Shown here piece after piece: positions 51,088 through 64,000 of a stretch of DNA of 64,000 nucleotides (within the stretch, counting starts at the first letter, position 1; every line of letters starts with the position of its first letter). Both the position numbers and the translations under genes were made by a program. This DNA is from the human T2T-CHM13v2.0 reference genome, Homo sapiens, in NCBI RefSeq assembly GCF_009914755.1, contig NC_060932.1; one strand, written 5' to 3'. The notes below the pieces were generated by a model, which had not been told where the DNA came from, made no database searches, and saw nothing but the letters and a program-made list of their open reading frames with translations.

Positions 51088-51915
51088 TAATATTTTTAGC
51101 ACAGTTTTAGGTACCCAGCAAAATTAAGTGGAAAGTGCAGACAGTTCCCATATGGCCCCTGCCCCACCCACGCCCTCCCTCGTGACCCAGTCCCCTCCAG
51201 AGCTGTGCATTTAGTGCAGCTGATGGACCAACACGACACGTCATCCTCACCCGGAGTCCGTGGTTCACCTCGGCTCACTCTTGGCATTGTCACTGCACAG
51301 GTTTGGGCAGGTGTTTGATGACGACACACCCCCCCATTACAGCAGCCCACAGAGGAGTTTCTCTGTCCTAAAAATCCCCTCTGCTCCGCCCACTCCTCCC
51401 TCCCTCCTCATGAACCCTTGGCAAACACAGGACCATTGACTATCTCTATAGTTTTGCCTTTTCCAGAACATCATTTATTTGATGGGAACCACAGTGCACA
51501 GCCTTTTCAAATGGGCTTCGTTCACTTTGTAATGTGCATTTACGGTGCCTTCGTGTCTTTTCCTGGCTTAGCTGCTTATTTCTTTTTAGCAGTGAGTGCT
51601 ATTCCACTGTCTGAATGCTCATAGTTTATCTGTTCCCTTATGAGGGGCATCTCAGTTGCTTCTGAGTTTAGGGAATGATGAATGAAGCTGCCATAAACAT
51701 CTGTGTGCAGGCTTTCGTGTGGATGTAAGTTTCCAGCTCATCTGGGTAAATATGAAGGCATGCAATTGTTGGATTGTATGACAAGCATGTGCTTAGTTTT
51801 GTAAGAAACCACCAAAATGTCTTCCAACGCAGCTGCGTTGTTCACCCCCCACAGTGGATAAGAGTTCCTGTTCATCCACGTCCTCAGCGGCGCTTGAGGC
51901 TGTCTGTGCTGGGTT
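51088..51915 (-). mobile_element. L1MC-type LINE-1 3' fragment
   Basis: TTTTTAGCACAGTTTTAGGTACCCAGCAAAATTAAGTGGAAAGTGCAGACAGTTCCCATAT...CCATAAACATCTGTGTGCAGG...TTAGTTTTGTAAGAAACCACCAAA. Confidence 0.85.
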
Positions 51916-52089
51916 TTGGCCTTGCTCAGTGGTGTGCAGGGAGGTCTGAGGCTTCCCCGGTGGGGACTAAGGCTGTCCCGGTGGCTAGCAGTGGCTCTAT
52001 CTGTGCATCCTGTGCTGTTATTTTGCTGCTATGTGAGGAGGAGGGAAAGGATGGACGCACAGGAGCGGGGAGATGAGGGAACAAGGACG

Positions 52090-52178
52090 GAGGGAGGGAA
52101 GTGCTGCACAGCAGGGGCTCAGCGCATGTGGGACAGAGGGAGGGAAGGGCTGCACAGCAGGGGCTCAGCGCATGTGGG
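52090..52178. repeat. Tandem duplication, 46 bp x 2
   Basis: GAGGGAGGGAAGKGCTGCACAGCAGGGGCTCAGCGCATGTGGG twice. Confidence 0.9.
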
Positions 52179-55100
52179 TCCGGGATATGCCTGGGGTCAT
52201 GGGCCCCTCCCCAAGTGCTTTCCTGTGAGTGTTCCCAGGGAGACCTCGTGGGGGCTTTTTCTCCAGCCCATCCTCTCCCTGAGCTTGTTTATCAAGAAGA
52301 TGCTTCTAGAGTGAGGATTTTTGCATAAAAAAGGGAATCTGTGAACCTGGGCAGCCCCGGGGGCTGGGCTCAGGGCAGGTTCTGGCCTGGCCTTTGACCT
52401 CTGTGGGACCCAGTCCTTGAAAGACTCACAGGAATGTGCCTAATGGAAACCCAGTCTGGGTAACAAGAACAAACATTAAAAATCCCCGGCTGAAGTTGGC
52501 GGGTAGCACTGCCCTGCACTAGACACACATTTATTGCAGCTGACGCGGCAGCAGCATTCTTTGTTGCTGGAAGAGTGATACGGACTCTGGGCAAATATTT
52601 GTGGAGAACGAATTGGGCCCCAAATTGTGTTTGCTAAGGCAGTCTTGTTTAAACTGAAAAGAAGGGGCTGGTGGGCAGGGAAGTGGGAGAGGTGGTGGGG
52701 GCTGCCAGCTGGGCCGGACAGAGCTGGGGCCCCTGGACAGGTCGCGAGGAGGCCGGGTCGGACAGACCTGCGGCCCGTGGACAGGTCGCGAGGACACCAG
52801 GTCTCACTGGAGGACGGGCCGGCTTCTCCCATGCCCTGGGTCCTCCGCACACTCCTGTCCTCTCAGCCCTTAAGGTCAACTGTAACATTTTTAGAATGCT
52901 ACAAAAAGAAGGCTCAGCAACCGGGGACTTGCATTTTTGCTTTTTTGAGATAACGGTTTCTGGGGAGAACAGTGGGACCTGCACATCCGAGAGTCCGAGC
53001 TTTACTGTCCCTTCACCGTGGAAATTATCATGGCTCCCACCTCAGATGTCTTGTCTTTTGCTTAAAAATAGCGTCATTAGAGTATAATATATACTCCTAT
53101 AAGCACCATACTTAATATGATATTATAATGCTGTACCTACGATAAAAGTTATTTGTGCTCGCCAAATGCTGAGTGCTGGCCTGAGGGCTTGGAATTCAAC
53201 ATCATGTTTGGATTCCACAACAAGATGAGGTGCAGCCACAATGCGTGTCTTGTGGAGGAGGATGCTGTGAGGGCCTGTGGCTGCCTCACGTCTGCGGAAG
53301 AGGCCAGAAGCCAAGCTAGAGAGGCCTCAGTTTCCCCTCCCGTCCTCCTTTTGCCAGGCTGAACCCCCTCCCCAAAGCTGCGTCAGAGGACAGAGGGAAG
53401 GGATTTTAGATCAGAGTACATTAAACACACATTTAGCTTTGGAAATGTTTTGTTCTTGGACTTAAAAGTATGTGTTTCTGGCACTGTGCATATTCAAACA
53501 TTCTTTTCTCCAAATCACTACGCTACTTCCTGAAAACCTGTACTTGAGGAAAACCTGAGAAGGTTTTGGGGCATCTTGTGCACCTCTTTGCTCTCTGCTC
53601 TTTGACTTCAGCTGATTTGTAGACTCGGCGAGTCCTTTCTTGCCTCCTTTCCTGAGTTCTGTGTTGTCTTAAATGGGAGAAGGAGATCTTTTTTCATGGC
53701 GTGGGTTCAGGGCAGCTGCGAGAAGCCACAGCAGGGACTTAGGCAGAGAAGAGGCCCTGTGTCCCGGGTGCCTGGTGAGCAGCGGCTGACATGGGCTCGT
53801 CCTGCCATGGCCCAATAAATCTCGTGGTTCCTGAGGGAGGTGTGTGGATTTCACAAACAGTTTTAGAAATGCTCTTGCTTCTGCCATTTATAACATCAAC
53901 ATACAACCCCAAAATGTGTGGTGAAAACACGTGAAAGTCAAATCCGTGTCCTTAGGCTTTGAAATATCTCACAGGTGAGGGGCGATTTCGGCACTGTCCA
54001 ATGTCTACTCATGTTCCAAACAGAAAGACAGTTTGAAAGGTGCAGCTTTCACATACATACGTGTATGTGAAAAGTGTGAGTGTGTCTGTTCAGACACACA
54101 TACAGACACAAACACTCACTCCCTCCTTACAGAAAAGACCATGGGGAAAGTTAGCCTTCAAAACTGTTTTCCCTCAGCTAATATTTGGAATGAATGAATG
54201 ATTGTGCACAGGAAGAAGGACGCGCTGGCTTTTCCGTGTAGAGAGGCCGTCTGCGTATTCTGAGCTGGGCTGTGGTTGTTCCCACTCGCCCCTCGCCCTC
54301 ACTCTCCAGACCCCACAATTGCCGACAAGCACTGAGCACCGTTGGCTCCAGGATCAGGAGGCAGAGGGGAAGCCCCTGGAAGACTCAGCCTGTGTTCCGA
54401 TGGCTGCTTTTCCAAATCAGAAGGGGCATTTTAGCAAACAGTGTGCTGTGGATGAGATTCAGCGCCGGCACCTCACTGAGCAGAATGAGGGTCCTGTGTT
54501 TCGGGGGCGACCCGGGCCTCTCTCTCCTGGCCTCCTCCCACTGGCTGCTCCTCCCACGGATTTGCAGCTGACTGCAGCCCAGCTGCCGAGCGGAAGCTGG
54601 GGAGGAGAGGATGGTGAGTGGTGCTTTCCAGTTTTAGCTTTTGTGTGATGATAAAAACTGTACTTCTAGAGTAACCCAGCATTAAGCTAGACTACACTTG
54701 TCACCTTTTTCTTGTGGGTGAGAGGAATAACCACCACTTTCCACAATGCCTGAAATAACCACTTCGGCCGCCTCCACGGTGCTTGACTTTCAAGGGTGGC
54801 TTCCTGGATGACTCCCCTCCCTCCTCCAGCACCACCCTGGATGATGTGCAGTCTCTCCTGGGTGGGGCTGTGCTAGCCTAGGCTGGGGCAGCTGTCCTCA
54901 GCTACCAGTCAGGAGAACACTTGCTCCTGGGCGTCCCGGTGCCAGACAGGATCCAGATTTCCCTTCTTATGATGTGCCTTTCACAAAACAGCGCTAGCCT
55001 GATTCTTTCCATTTTCTATTTTCTGTGTCTAATTTTTTCCATATCCATTTTCCACCTGGTTCATTTAGTGATACCGATTTTTAAGCCTTATTTTTTTAAG

Positions 55101-57318
55101 GATTTGTGAATATTGTACAACTTGTTAGGATAACAGTGGAATACTGGCTCCAAGGATGTGTGCAATTTTGATTTATTTTCCTAATATGTGTGTGTATAGA
55201 TAAATGTCAGTGAAGTGAATATGTGTGTGTGTCAATAAAAGAAATATACTTAATCACCCAGTTATTTAGTCAAACATTTAAAAAGTGACATGTCCTTCTG
55301 ACCTGGCCCTGCAAGCTGCAGGAGGCTCCCTGGCCTGTGAGTTTAGGGAACTCGTGTCAGTCTGGTTAAGTGGGTGGTTTGGGTGCCGTGCTGGCTGTAC
55401 GTGGTTTCTCGTCAGTGTGCTGGACATTGGCCGGCCAGCGCTGCCTGGGCCTTGAAGGCAGAAATGGCTGCAGACACCACTCGGATCAGGGAGTGGATGA
55501 TCTTTGGCTCCGTCCTGCCATGAAGTCGTGCTTAGAGTTAGTTGTGCCACCAACCACCGTCAAGGCACACAGTGGAGGGGGTGCGGGTTTGATGCAGTTA
55601 CAGAAAAGTTGGTGACATCGAGAGACATTCCCCCAGGGACTGTGAGGGGACCGGGAGCCTCCTGATTGATGGTGTTCAGATGCAGGGCACTCTCTCCAGC
55701 TTTCCACTTCCATCGGGGATGGTAGACATTGTAATAACATTTTGGAAAGAAAAAAGCTTCCTATTCATTAATTCTTCATCCATATAATTCATAAATCTTG
55801 GTTCTCACATGTGATCATCCAATGAAAATTTGATGAGTTTGATTTGTAGAAATCTTTACTGGGTGTCCTCCAATGTAAGAATGTTCTTGGAGACTTGAAA
55901 TGCAGAGTCCTCATTCACGTTATCTTGGAGAACTCGACGCGTGTTTGATTTCACCGCAGCGTTTCTCCCCGCGGTAGTGCAGGCACCTGGCAGGGAGGTG
56001 CGGCCTGGCTTGTGGCTGTTCCCGAGAGCATTGGGTGTGTGTTCAGTGAAGGTGCTGGTGGGTTTGACCTTGCTATCCTTTCAAAACAGATCAAGCAAGT
56101 CTGTTCACCATCATGCTCTCCTGGAGAAGATGTGCTTCTTATTAAAAATACATCAGCTGCACACAGTGCTTACACTGGCAGGTTCTGTTTAGGGTGGAGA
56201 ATGACACTTTCTGTTTAGCCAGCGTTTGTTAGGCATGTACCTGGGGTGGAAGAAGAGGCCGTTGTGGGGCTCCACTGCCGGGAAGGTTTCGGGGAGGCTG
56301 AGTGTGCCCGGGGACCCTGTGCCTCTGGGATTTCTCCCTGCTGGCTGAGACGGAATCTGCTGTTACTGTATTAATTTAATTAGGGAGTTCCTATGTGACA
56401 CATTAGGATTTTTAGCTGTATCCGACTAATTATCACTCCCCATTTGTACCTCTCATTTGTACCTCTGATCTTATGTTGTCACAATCATTATAGCACCGTG
56501 CTTTACCCAAGAGAATAAAAGCCCACTGTTGAAGTCAGTCTCGTAGCTGTTATTTTGAGTTGAGGCACGATCTGGCTTCCAGGTCTGTCTTCCACCTTCT
56601 AAAATCATTTATTCAATAGAAATGACACCAGCAAAACATTTGAGATCATCTTTCTCTTCTGCTATTGGAACATATCAATTTATATATTCTTCCAAAATCA
56701 GCTCTAAAGAATAAAATTGTAAAAAAACTGGGTATAAAACAAATAGCCAAATCATTTGTTTTACTAAATTACAGGGAGCTATAAAGTTTTGTAGTTAATA
56801 CGTTAAGAAATAGTCACTCTGAAATTTTTTTTAATGATCATGGGGTTCTATGATAGAACTATTTTTGTATTAGCCTTGGAAATACAGACATGGATATGTA
56901 ACTCAGAAAAAATATACTTGCTCCTGAGCTCAGAATTTAAAAGAACAAAACGGTTGATTCAGGATAAATAGCATGCGTTCTCTTACTTTTCCAAAGATGG
57001 TTTTTGTTTTCTTAGAAGCACTGTGTCATAGTTCCTTGAGTGAAATGGTGGAACGTGGCACAGACATGTGGAAGGGGATGCAAAGCCCTGCACAGAGGAG
57101 CTGTGTGTGCATTTTGTAGATGGCCTGGAACTTGAATTTGGCCAGTGCTTTCCACAAACATTTCCCATGCACGGCTCCCATGCAGAAAGTTAGTAATCCT
57201 GAGAACTGCCGTTCCTTCCCAAACGCTTTATCTTTTCACACGTGGATATTTTTATCTTCTGCTATTCTGTGGCAGAGTCCAGGGGAGTAAGTTCTGATGT
57301 TTTTTGTACATTTACCTT

Positions 57319-57823
57319 CAGACTGAGACTGAACTCACCCGGCTGCGTATTCAGGATTCACTGTAACAGAAGGGTTTGCAGCAGAGTGAGGCTGAACTCA
57401 CCCAGGTACATATTCAGGAGTCACTGTAACAGAAGGGTTTGCAGCAGACTGAAGCTGAACTCACCCAGGTACATATTCAGGATTCACTGTCACAGAAGGG
57501 TTTGCAGCAGACTGAGGCTGAACTCACCCAGGTACATATTCAGGATTCACTGTCACAGAAGGGTTTGCAGCAGACTGAGGCTGAACTCACCCAGGTACAT
57601 ATTCAGGAGTCACTGTAACAGAAGGGTTTGCAGCAGACTGAAGCTGAACTCACCCAGGTACATATTCAGGATTCACTGTAACAGAAGGGTTTGCAGCAGA
57701 CTGAGGCTGAACTCACCCAGGTACATATTCAGGATTCACTGTCACAGAAGGGTTTGCAGCAGACTGAGGCTGAACTCACCCAGGTACATATTCAGGATTC
57801 ACTGTCACAGAAGGGTTTGCAGC
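57319..57823. repeat. 63-bp VNTR (8 copies)
   Basis: Unit CAGACTGARGCTGAACTCACCCAGGTACATATTCAGGAKTCACTGTMACAGAAGGGTTTGCAG. Confidence 0.98.
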
Positions 57824-58377
57824 ACAGAATTTCTCTTCAGCCTTTCAGTTCACATCATGCTCAGTCTCTGCCTACAGTGTGTCCAGCTAACATCAGAATA
57901 CAGAAACCCTTTAATGTGGGACAGAGGGAAGTGAGTGAATGCCGGGGACAGAGAGAGCTCCCACCTTCACAGCCGAGGCTGCCCTGGCTCAGGGGCTTCT
58001 CCACTCCCCTCTTTTTGCTTCTTACCAAGAGCAAGCCTAGATCAGTAACAGACTTGCAAGGTGAAGATGAGGCGTTTGATCCGCTTGTGAATTAGGTGGA
58101 AAATGGACCTCGGTATTAAACTTTGGGGAAAGGAAGAGAGCATTTCCCACTCCTCGTCTTTCCAGTGACCAGGTCGTCAAGGCGTGGGTGATTTTTTAGA
58201 AGTCATCTGGTGTATCGTTTAAGATTATATAGACTTGATGCAGGTCCAAGAAAATTCAGTACTGCCCAACAAAGGGATCCGCAGCCTCCAAGAGGTCACT
58301 GGGTCATCACCAGCAGGGTCCTGCATGGGGTCAACCCAGTGAAACTCTCCTTGGTCACCTTGCAGTTGGCAGGGGTG

Positions 58378-58490
58378 CAGCACATCTCACCAACAAACAG
58401 TGCAGCAGGGAGTGGTGACCATGTCTCACCAACAAACAGTGCAGCCAGGGGTGGAGTGGGGGATGGCGACTACATCTCACAACAGTGCAG
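58378..58490. repeat. Degenerate short repeat x 3 (CATCTCACCAACAAACAGTGCAGC)
   Basis: Motif recurs near 58383, 58422 and 58473. Confidence 0.7.
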
Positions 58491-59221
58491 CGGGGGGTGG
58501 GGACCACGGTGCCCACTGCACACACCTGCTGTGCCAGGTGAGCCCTCTGGCGATGTCCTCAGACTCAATGGAGTTCACCACTTGGGGCTGAGACAAACAG
58601 CCCCTCCTTTTCGGATGAGTGGGAGTTGCTGCAAAGCTCTAGGGGAGGTTCTGCCCAGATGACCACTCCGGCTGCCTTTTCGAGTTAGGACCCTCTTGTT
58701 GAGGAGCGTGAGGGAAGGAAAAGTTGAGCTGAAGGATCCCTAGGAGAGCAGGCGATGCGGATTGAGGCGTGCATTGTGGGGTGCTGGAATCCGCAGGAGG
58801 AGAACCGCGGCTGGGTGTTCTGGAAGCGGCTGGTCAGGCTCCCAGAGCCCCTTTGTCTCCTGCAATGGGCTTGTTTCTGTGGGTCTCTGGGGTGCCTGTG
58901 TTCCAGTCACATTTTTCCCTCTACTGTCCTCTTCTGTGATGGCATTTTCATCCCCTGCAGGGGAGATGGGACAGAAGTTTGCTTAAGTACCAAAAGCTCT
59001 GCACACAAGTGAAATCTGAGGACAAGTTAGACATACTGCGCACTGGTTGAGGTCTTTGTATGTGACGTCCTTGATGACCACTTGAACTCTCCCTTCTCCT
59101 TCAGGTCCTTTGTGGAAGCAGGAGGGCCCGTCAGTGAGAGCAAGGTTGCATCTGACCCCAGGGCATGTTGTATGTCAGGGCTGAGTGATGAGCAGATGGT
59201 TCTTTGTAAAGATAGCTCAGA

Positions 59222-59370
59222 GGCCGGGTGTCCCAACTCAGGCCTGTAATCCCAGCACCTTGGGAGGCCAAGGTAGGAGGATTGCTGGAGCCCAGGAGTT
59301 CAAGACCAGCCTGGGCAACGGAGGGAGACCTCATCTCAAAAAAAATAAAAAGAAAAAAAAAGAAAAAAGA
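59222..59370 (+). mobile_element. Alu left monomer (FLAM_C-like) with A-rich tail
   Basis: GGCCGGGTG...GCCTGTAATCCCAGCACCTTGGGAGGCCAAGG...GGAGTTCAAGACCAGCCTGGGCAAC...CATCTC followed by an A tail. Confidence 0.9.
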
Positions 59371-59759
59371 CCCGAAAAATCACAGGATGGTCTGGGCCTG
59401 AGTTCTTAATAGTTATTCTATGGGGTTTTTCCAGAGAGAGCAATTGGAAGATGCATTTGAGGTGTGTCTCTCAAAGAGAAAGAGGAATTCATACTACTAG
59501 CAAAAGGTAGGAGGATTTTTTCACAACAACGTTATCTAGAAAATCCCCAAGTGATTTAAAAGCACAGGCTGGCTGGGCCTGCTCCAGGCAGCACAAGCTT
59601 GCCTGTCCCATGAAGGTGAACCTGACGTTCTCCGCCTCTCCCCTCACCCCTGTGCCACCCGCCTTCCTGCCTGTGAAGGAATGAGCCTATACCGCGTGCT
59701 GGTGGTTGGGAATGGCATGAGCCCCCGCCGGCTGTCCGCAGCTCACACGGCACTGACAC

Positions 59760-59900
59760 AGACACTGAGCTGCAAGTCCCAGCTCACTACGTGGCAGTGA
59801 GTCGCAGCTCCCCGTCTCCGAGCCTCAGTTTCCATGCAGGAGACGTACGGTATTTTGCGGAAAGTCGGATGGGTTAGAGGGCAGGATGCTTTCGAAGTTC
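59760..59900 (+). mobile_element. MIR fragment
   Basis: AAGTCCCAGCTCACTAC...GTGAGTCGCAGCTCCCCGTCTCCGAGCCTCAGTTTCC. Confidence 0.5.
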
Positions 59901-60141
59901 TTGTGGAACACGAGGCAGATCTGCCGCTCATGGCCCACACCTGGGTTGGTCTCGGAAGATGGCCTCTGGGCTGTGATGCTCCGGCCAGGGCCACGGCTCA
60001 GCCCCTCTCTTGAGCCGCCTTCCGTTTTCACTTGTGAATGACGTTAGAAACTTTGCGGTCTGTACGTCTCCTTCCCAGCAGTTGGCAGAGTTTTAGGAAT
60101 GAAGCATCGTCTTCCTCATCGTTAAAGGCCATTCCCCTTAG

Positions 60142-60787
60142 TGTGTTAGTGTCCTGGGCTGCCATAACACAGGGCCTCACACCAGAGATCCCCTTCTTCA
60201 TGGATCTGGAGGCTCGAAGTTCAAGACCAAGAAGGTGGAGGAGGAGTCTGTCCCAGGCCCCCCCCCAAGACCAAGAGGGGGAGGAGGAGTCTGTCCTGGG
60301 CCCCCCCAATACCAAGAGGGGGAGGAGGAGTCTGTCCCGGCCCCCCCCAAGACCAAGAGGAGGAGGAGGAGTCTGTCCCGGGCCCCCCAAGACCAAGAGG
60401 GGGAGGAGGAGTCTGTCCCGGGCCCCCCCAAGACCAAGAGGGTGGAGGAGGAGTCTGTCCCGGGCCCCCCCAAGACCAAGAGGGTGGAGGAGTCTGTCCC
60501 GGGCTCCCCCACACTCCTGATTTGCTGTCAATGTTTGGGGTTCCGTGGCCTGATAGTCCCGATCCCAGCCTTCACCTTCATGCAGTGTTCTCCATGTGTG
60601 TCTGTCCTCCGGTTTCTGCTTCTGATGAGGACACCAGTCATGTGGGGGCAGGATCCTCCACTCCAGCATGACCTCACCTTACCTCGTCACCTCTGTAGCA
60701 GCCCCTGTTTCTAAACGCAACCATGTTGGGAGGTCCTGGGCTAGGGCTTCAGCACACGCCCCTGCAGGGCACAGTTCTACCCACACC
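60142..60787 (-). mobile_element. MaLR solo LTR (MLT1C-like) interrupted by a VNTR
   Basis: TGTGTTAGTGTCCTGGGCTGCCATAACA...TCTGGAGGCTCGAAGTTCAAGACCAAG...GAGGACACCAGTCAT...CTCCAGCATGACCTCACCTTA...GCTAGGGCTTCAGCAC. Confidence 0.82.
60221..60510. repeat. ~41-bp VNTR (7 copies) inside the LTR
   Basis: AAGACCAAGAGGG(G/T)GAGGAGGAGTCTGTCCCGGGCCCCCC; unit length varies 40-44 bp through the C run. Confidence 0.95.
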
Positions 60788-61674
60788 TGTTAGTAAACAC
60801 TCAGCTCGTCACACGGCAGTCCCATCATATCCGTGGTTCTCAGGAGCAGAGGGGCGGTGGTGATGTCAGGGCCTCAGCTTCTAAAGTGAGTCACTTTCCT
60901 ATTCTTGCTGCCACTGAGATGTTGGACTTTTAGGTGAACATCACTGGACCCCAATTCCATTCTGGGCTCCACTGTCTACCAGAGGTACTTCATAATATCA
61001 ACTGGTGTGCTAACAAGAAGGTGAGATGGTGTATGCTCGGGATTGTTTAAACCACCAATGGCCATACAACATTTGCTGGGAAATCTGCCAAAATAACATC
61101 TCTAAGTTTTATACTAAGAATGTTCTTAAGAAGCCCTTGAGCTATGTGTTTTGCTCCATTGTTTCTGTAGAGAGATTAGCCCACGCAGTGGTTACTGAAA
61201 AATCTTGGCATAGTTTATCAAACCCCCCTTTTCCACAAGAAGATGCTAGCTTCCTGTGTCCTTTTTCATAGCTCTTCTGGGTGACACAGCGGAGCTCACA
61301 GCTGTCTCAGCACACGCCCGTGTGCGTGCACGAGTTCTCCAGCGGCCGCCGCACAGCCCTGATTCTCTCCACACCACTGTCTAGTGCATAACTCCAGGGG
61401 TGTCATCCACGCCATGTCCTCTGTGGCTGTTGCCAGCTCTACAATATAAATACTTGCTTCCAGGTCAAGCACAGAGGAACTTAAATCCCACCGGGACCCG
61501 GTGAGGGTTACCTTCTGTCCCTGGTTTTCCTAAATTTCGAGATGGGAGGGATGGTGAGTCCCTTCCCTTCCAGCTCCCTCAACACGCTGGCCCTCCAGAG
61601 ACGCTCTCCTGGTTTAGAACATTTATTCATCTAGAACATTATTAACAATGGAAAGAACAGTGGCTTGCACTGTT

Positions 61675-62790
61675 TTTTAAATTAATAGAATTTATTTTTA
61701 AGAGCAGGTTTAGGTTCACAGAAGCATTGAGCTGAAATTACAGAGTTCCCACCTACTCTTTTTGCCTGTATTCCATTTCTCTGCTGTTAGCGTCTCACAT
61801 GAGGTGGCACATTGGTTACCGTTGAGGAACCAGTATTGATCCATGATTATTGATGGAAGCCCACAGCTTATATCACATCCAGCCTTGGTGTTGCACATTC
61901 TGGGGATTTTTGGCACATGTGGAATGGCGTATGCCCACCCTGGCAGCATCACACAGAGGAGTTTTGCTGCCCTAAAAACCCTCTGTTCTCTGCCTGTTCC
62001 TCCCTCCCTCTCCTCTAACCCCTAGCAAACACTGATCTTTTACTGTCTTCATAGTTTTTTCTTTTCCAGAATGTCATAGAGTTGGAAATAGACAGTATGT
62101 AACCTTTTCAGATGGGCTTTTTTCACTTAGTGATATGCATTTAATTTTCTTCCTTGTCTTTTTGTGGCATTATAACTCATTTCTTTTTAGCCCTGAATAA
62201 CATTCCATTGTCTGAATGTACCATAGTTTATTCATTCACCTAATGAAGGACATCGCAGTTGCTTCCAAGTTTTGTCAGCTAGAAATAAAGCTACTGTAAA
62301 CACTTGTGTGCAGGTTTTTGTATGGAGATGTTTTCAACTCATCCAGGTAAATAGCAAGGAGTACAGTTACTGGATTGTCTAGTAGAAGTATGTTTAGTTT
62401 TATAAGAAACTGCCAAATGGTTCTCCAATTTGGCTGCACCATTTTGTACTCCCACCAGCAGGGAGGAGAGTTCCTGTTGCTCCATGTCCTCACCAGCGTT
62501 TCATGCTGTCAGGGTCTAGCTTGTGGTCATCTGAGCAGGTGTGTGATGGTGTCTTCTTGATTTATTTTGCATTTCTTTGGTGAGAAGTGGTGTGGAGTGT
62601 CTTTTCAGATGTTTGTTGCCCTCTACATATGTTCCTTGGTGAGGTGTCTCTTCAGATCTTTGTGTATTTTTTAATTGGATTGTTTTTCTTATTGTTGGGT
62701 TTTAAGAGTTATTCATATATTTTGAATATCCACCTTTTATAAGATTTGTGTTTTACAAATATTTTCTCTCAGTCTATGCCTTGTCTCAGT
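61675..62790 (-). mobile_element. L1MD/L1MC-type LINE-1 3' fragment (~1.1 kb)
   Basis: TTAATAGAATTTATTTTTAAGAGCAGGTTTAGGTTCACAG...TTTTCCAGAATGTCATAGAGTTGGAA...TTAGTTTTATAAGAAACTGCCAAA...ACAAATATTTTCTCTCAGTCT. Confidence 0.88.
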
Positions 62791-63034
62791 CTATTTTAAT
62801 AGGAGTGTGTGTGCTGTTTTAAAATGTATTAGTGCCTTAAGTTCTTCTGCATTATTTTGTTTAAACTATTTTTCAAAAAAAATTAAAGTCAGATTAGCAG
62901 CCTTTATTGGTTGCTTACTGAGAAACAGATGGTATCTTAAGAGCTCATGTGGCCCTATAAGCTCCCTTATTCTATGTTTTGTGGTTTCGTCATACAGCTA
63001 TGCTCCCCAACAAAGGAATAAGTTCTAATGGTCA

Positions 63035-63320
63035 TGTGTTTATCTTAGGAACATTTATGGACTGTGAACGATGAATAGGAACTCTCCGAGGTGCTGGAGA
63101 CACAGAGACAATTAAAATATGATTCATAGATTGGACGAGGTTATAATCCAGTTGGGAGGACAGGCATGGACATAAATAGCAGCAATCCAAGGCCGATGAG
63201 AAGTGTCTGCAAGATGAGCCCAGAGCAATGGGGCAGAGGAGAGAAAATTAGCTCAATTTGGGTCTGAAACGTCAGTGAGGATTTCACAGGAGAGCAGCTT
63301 TTGATTGGACGTGGCAGGCA
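63035..63320 (-). mobile_element. L2 3'-end fragment
   Basis: AACATTTATGGAC...AGGTGCTGGAGACACAGAGAC...TTATAATCCAGTTGGGAGGACAGGCATG resembles the antisense L2 3' end. Confidence 0.55.
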
Positions 63321-63876
63321 GCTGGGGCCGCACGGCCCTGTGAGGGCACAGGCTGGTTAAGTGGCAGTGTAACAGTGCTGGAATGCACTCCTCTCTAACG
63401 TGGGTCCTGGTGACTGTTGTTATTCTGCTTCTAGAGATGAGGAAGTGGAGGCTTCTGAAAGAGGAGTGGGTTAAGGGCATGGGTTTTGTCCTCAAGCGTA
63501 TGATGGGGGGCCTGGCACGGGCCTGCTTCCCCAGCCTCCCAGCCATGTGGCCGTGCTGCAGGTTCGCTGGGGGGTTGCAGTGGCCACTGAGCAGGTGCGG
63601 AGCTCCACATTAGAACTACTTGCATTTTTATTTTCCACAAAACACTGAGCTTGCTGTCAGGCACTCAGCAGGCACTTGGTAGAGTCTCCAGGGTGTGATG
63701 CGGGCGCCACCCCCGCCCCGCCGCCCGCGTGCTGCTGTGCTCTCCTCCGGGGGGCCGGCCTTTCCTCAAGTGCCTTGTTAATGCTCCTGCAGCTGCCGTC
63801 TCTTTAGTGCCCTCACAGAGGTGTGCGTTACGAAGGGATGCTCGTCACACTTAGAAAATCGCCATCAGCCTGTGCA

Positions 63877-64000
63877 CTCTGTGCTCACACGTCTGAAGTG
63901 GGGCGGGAAAGCTGCAGGGATGCAGAGCTCCTAGTTTTGTGTAAGGGACTCATCAGGCGGAATAGGGACCTGGCCTCTGTGCTCGCACGTCTGAAGTGGG
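63877..64000. repeat. Start of a probable ~99-bp tandem repeat, truncated by window end
   Basis: CTCTGTGCTCRCACGTCTGAAGTGGG at ~63877 and ~63975. Confidence 0.65.

Noticed and set aside
63695-63765. GC-box/CpG cluster as a promoter
   Set aside because: Only ~70 bp, far below CpG-island size, with no other promoter evidence.

Overview
Primate, almost certainly human, genomic DNA: Alu/FLAM, MIR, L2, L1M, MaLR LTRs and Tigger/MER DNA transposons are all recognisable. It has the hallmarks of a subtelomeric region, with about 14 GC-rich minisatellite (VNTR) arrays covering roughly 11 kb (about one-sixth of the window). I found no credible protein-coding exon, tRNA, rRNA or CRISPR array. The long ORFs in the track (>250 aa) are artefacts of stop-free tandem repeats. 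From memory of the repeat units only, the window resembles the very long 5' intron of DLGAP2/ERICH1-AS1 at 8p23.3; this is unverified. I do not see a demonstrable new biological system. The most interesting signals are: (i) three VNTRs carrying + strand splice signals in most units, two of them starting directly behind a polypyrimidine/AG acceptor; (ii) a 3.15-kb CpG-dense VNTR; (iii) a split 55-bp VNTR whose homogenised half gained a G-quadruplex-type motif; (iv) higher-order duplications inside several arrays; (v) a 69-bp dispersed direct repeat 1.76 kb apart. Repeat subfamily calls are by eye and boundaries are approximate.
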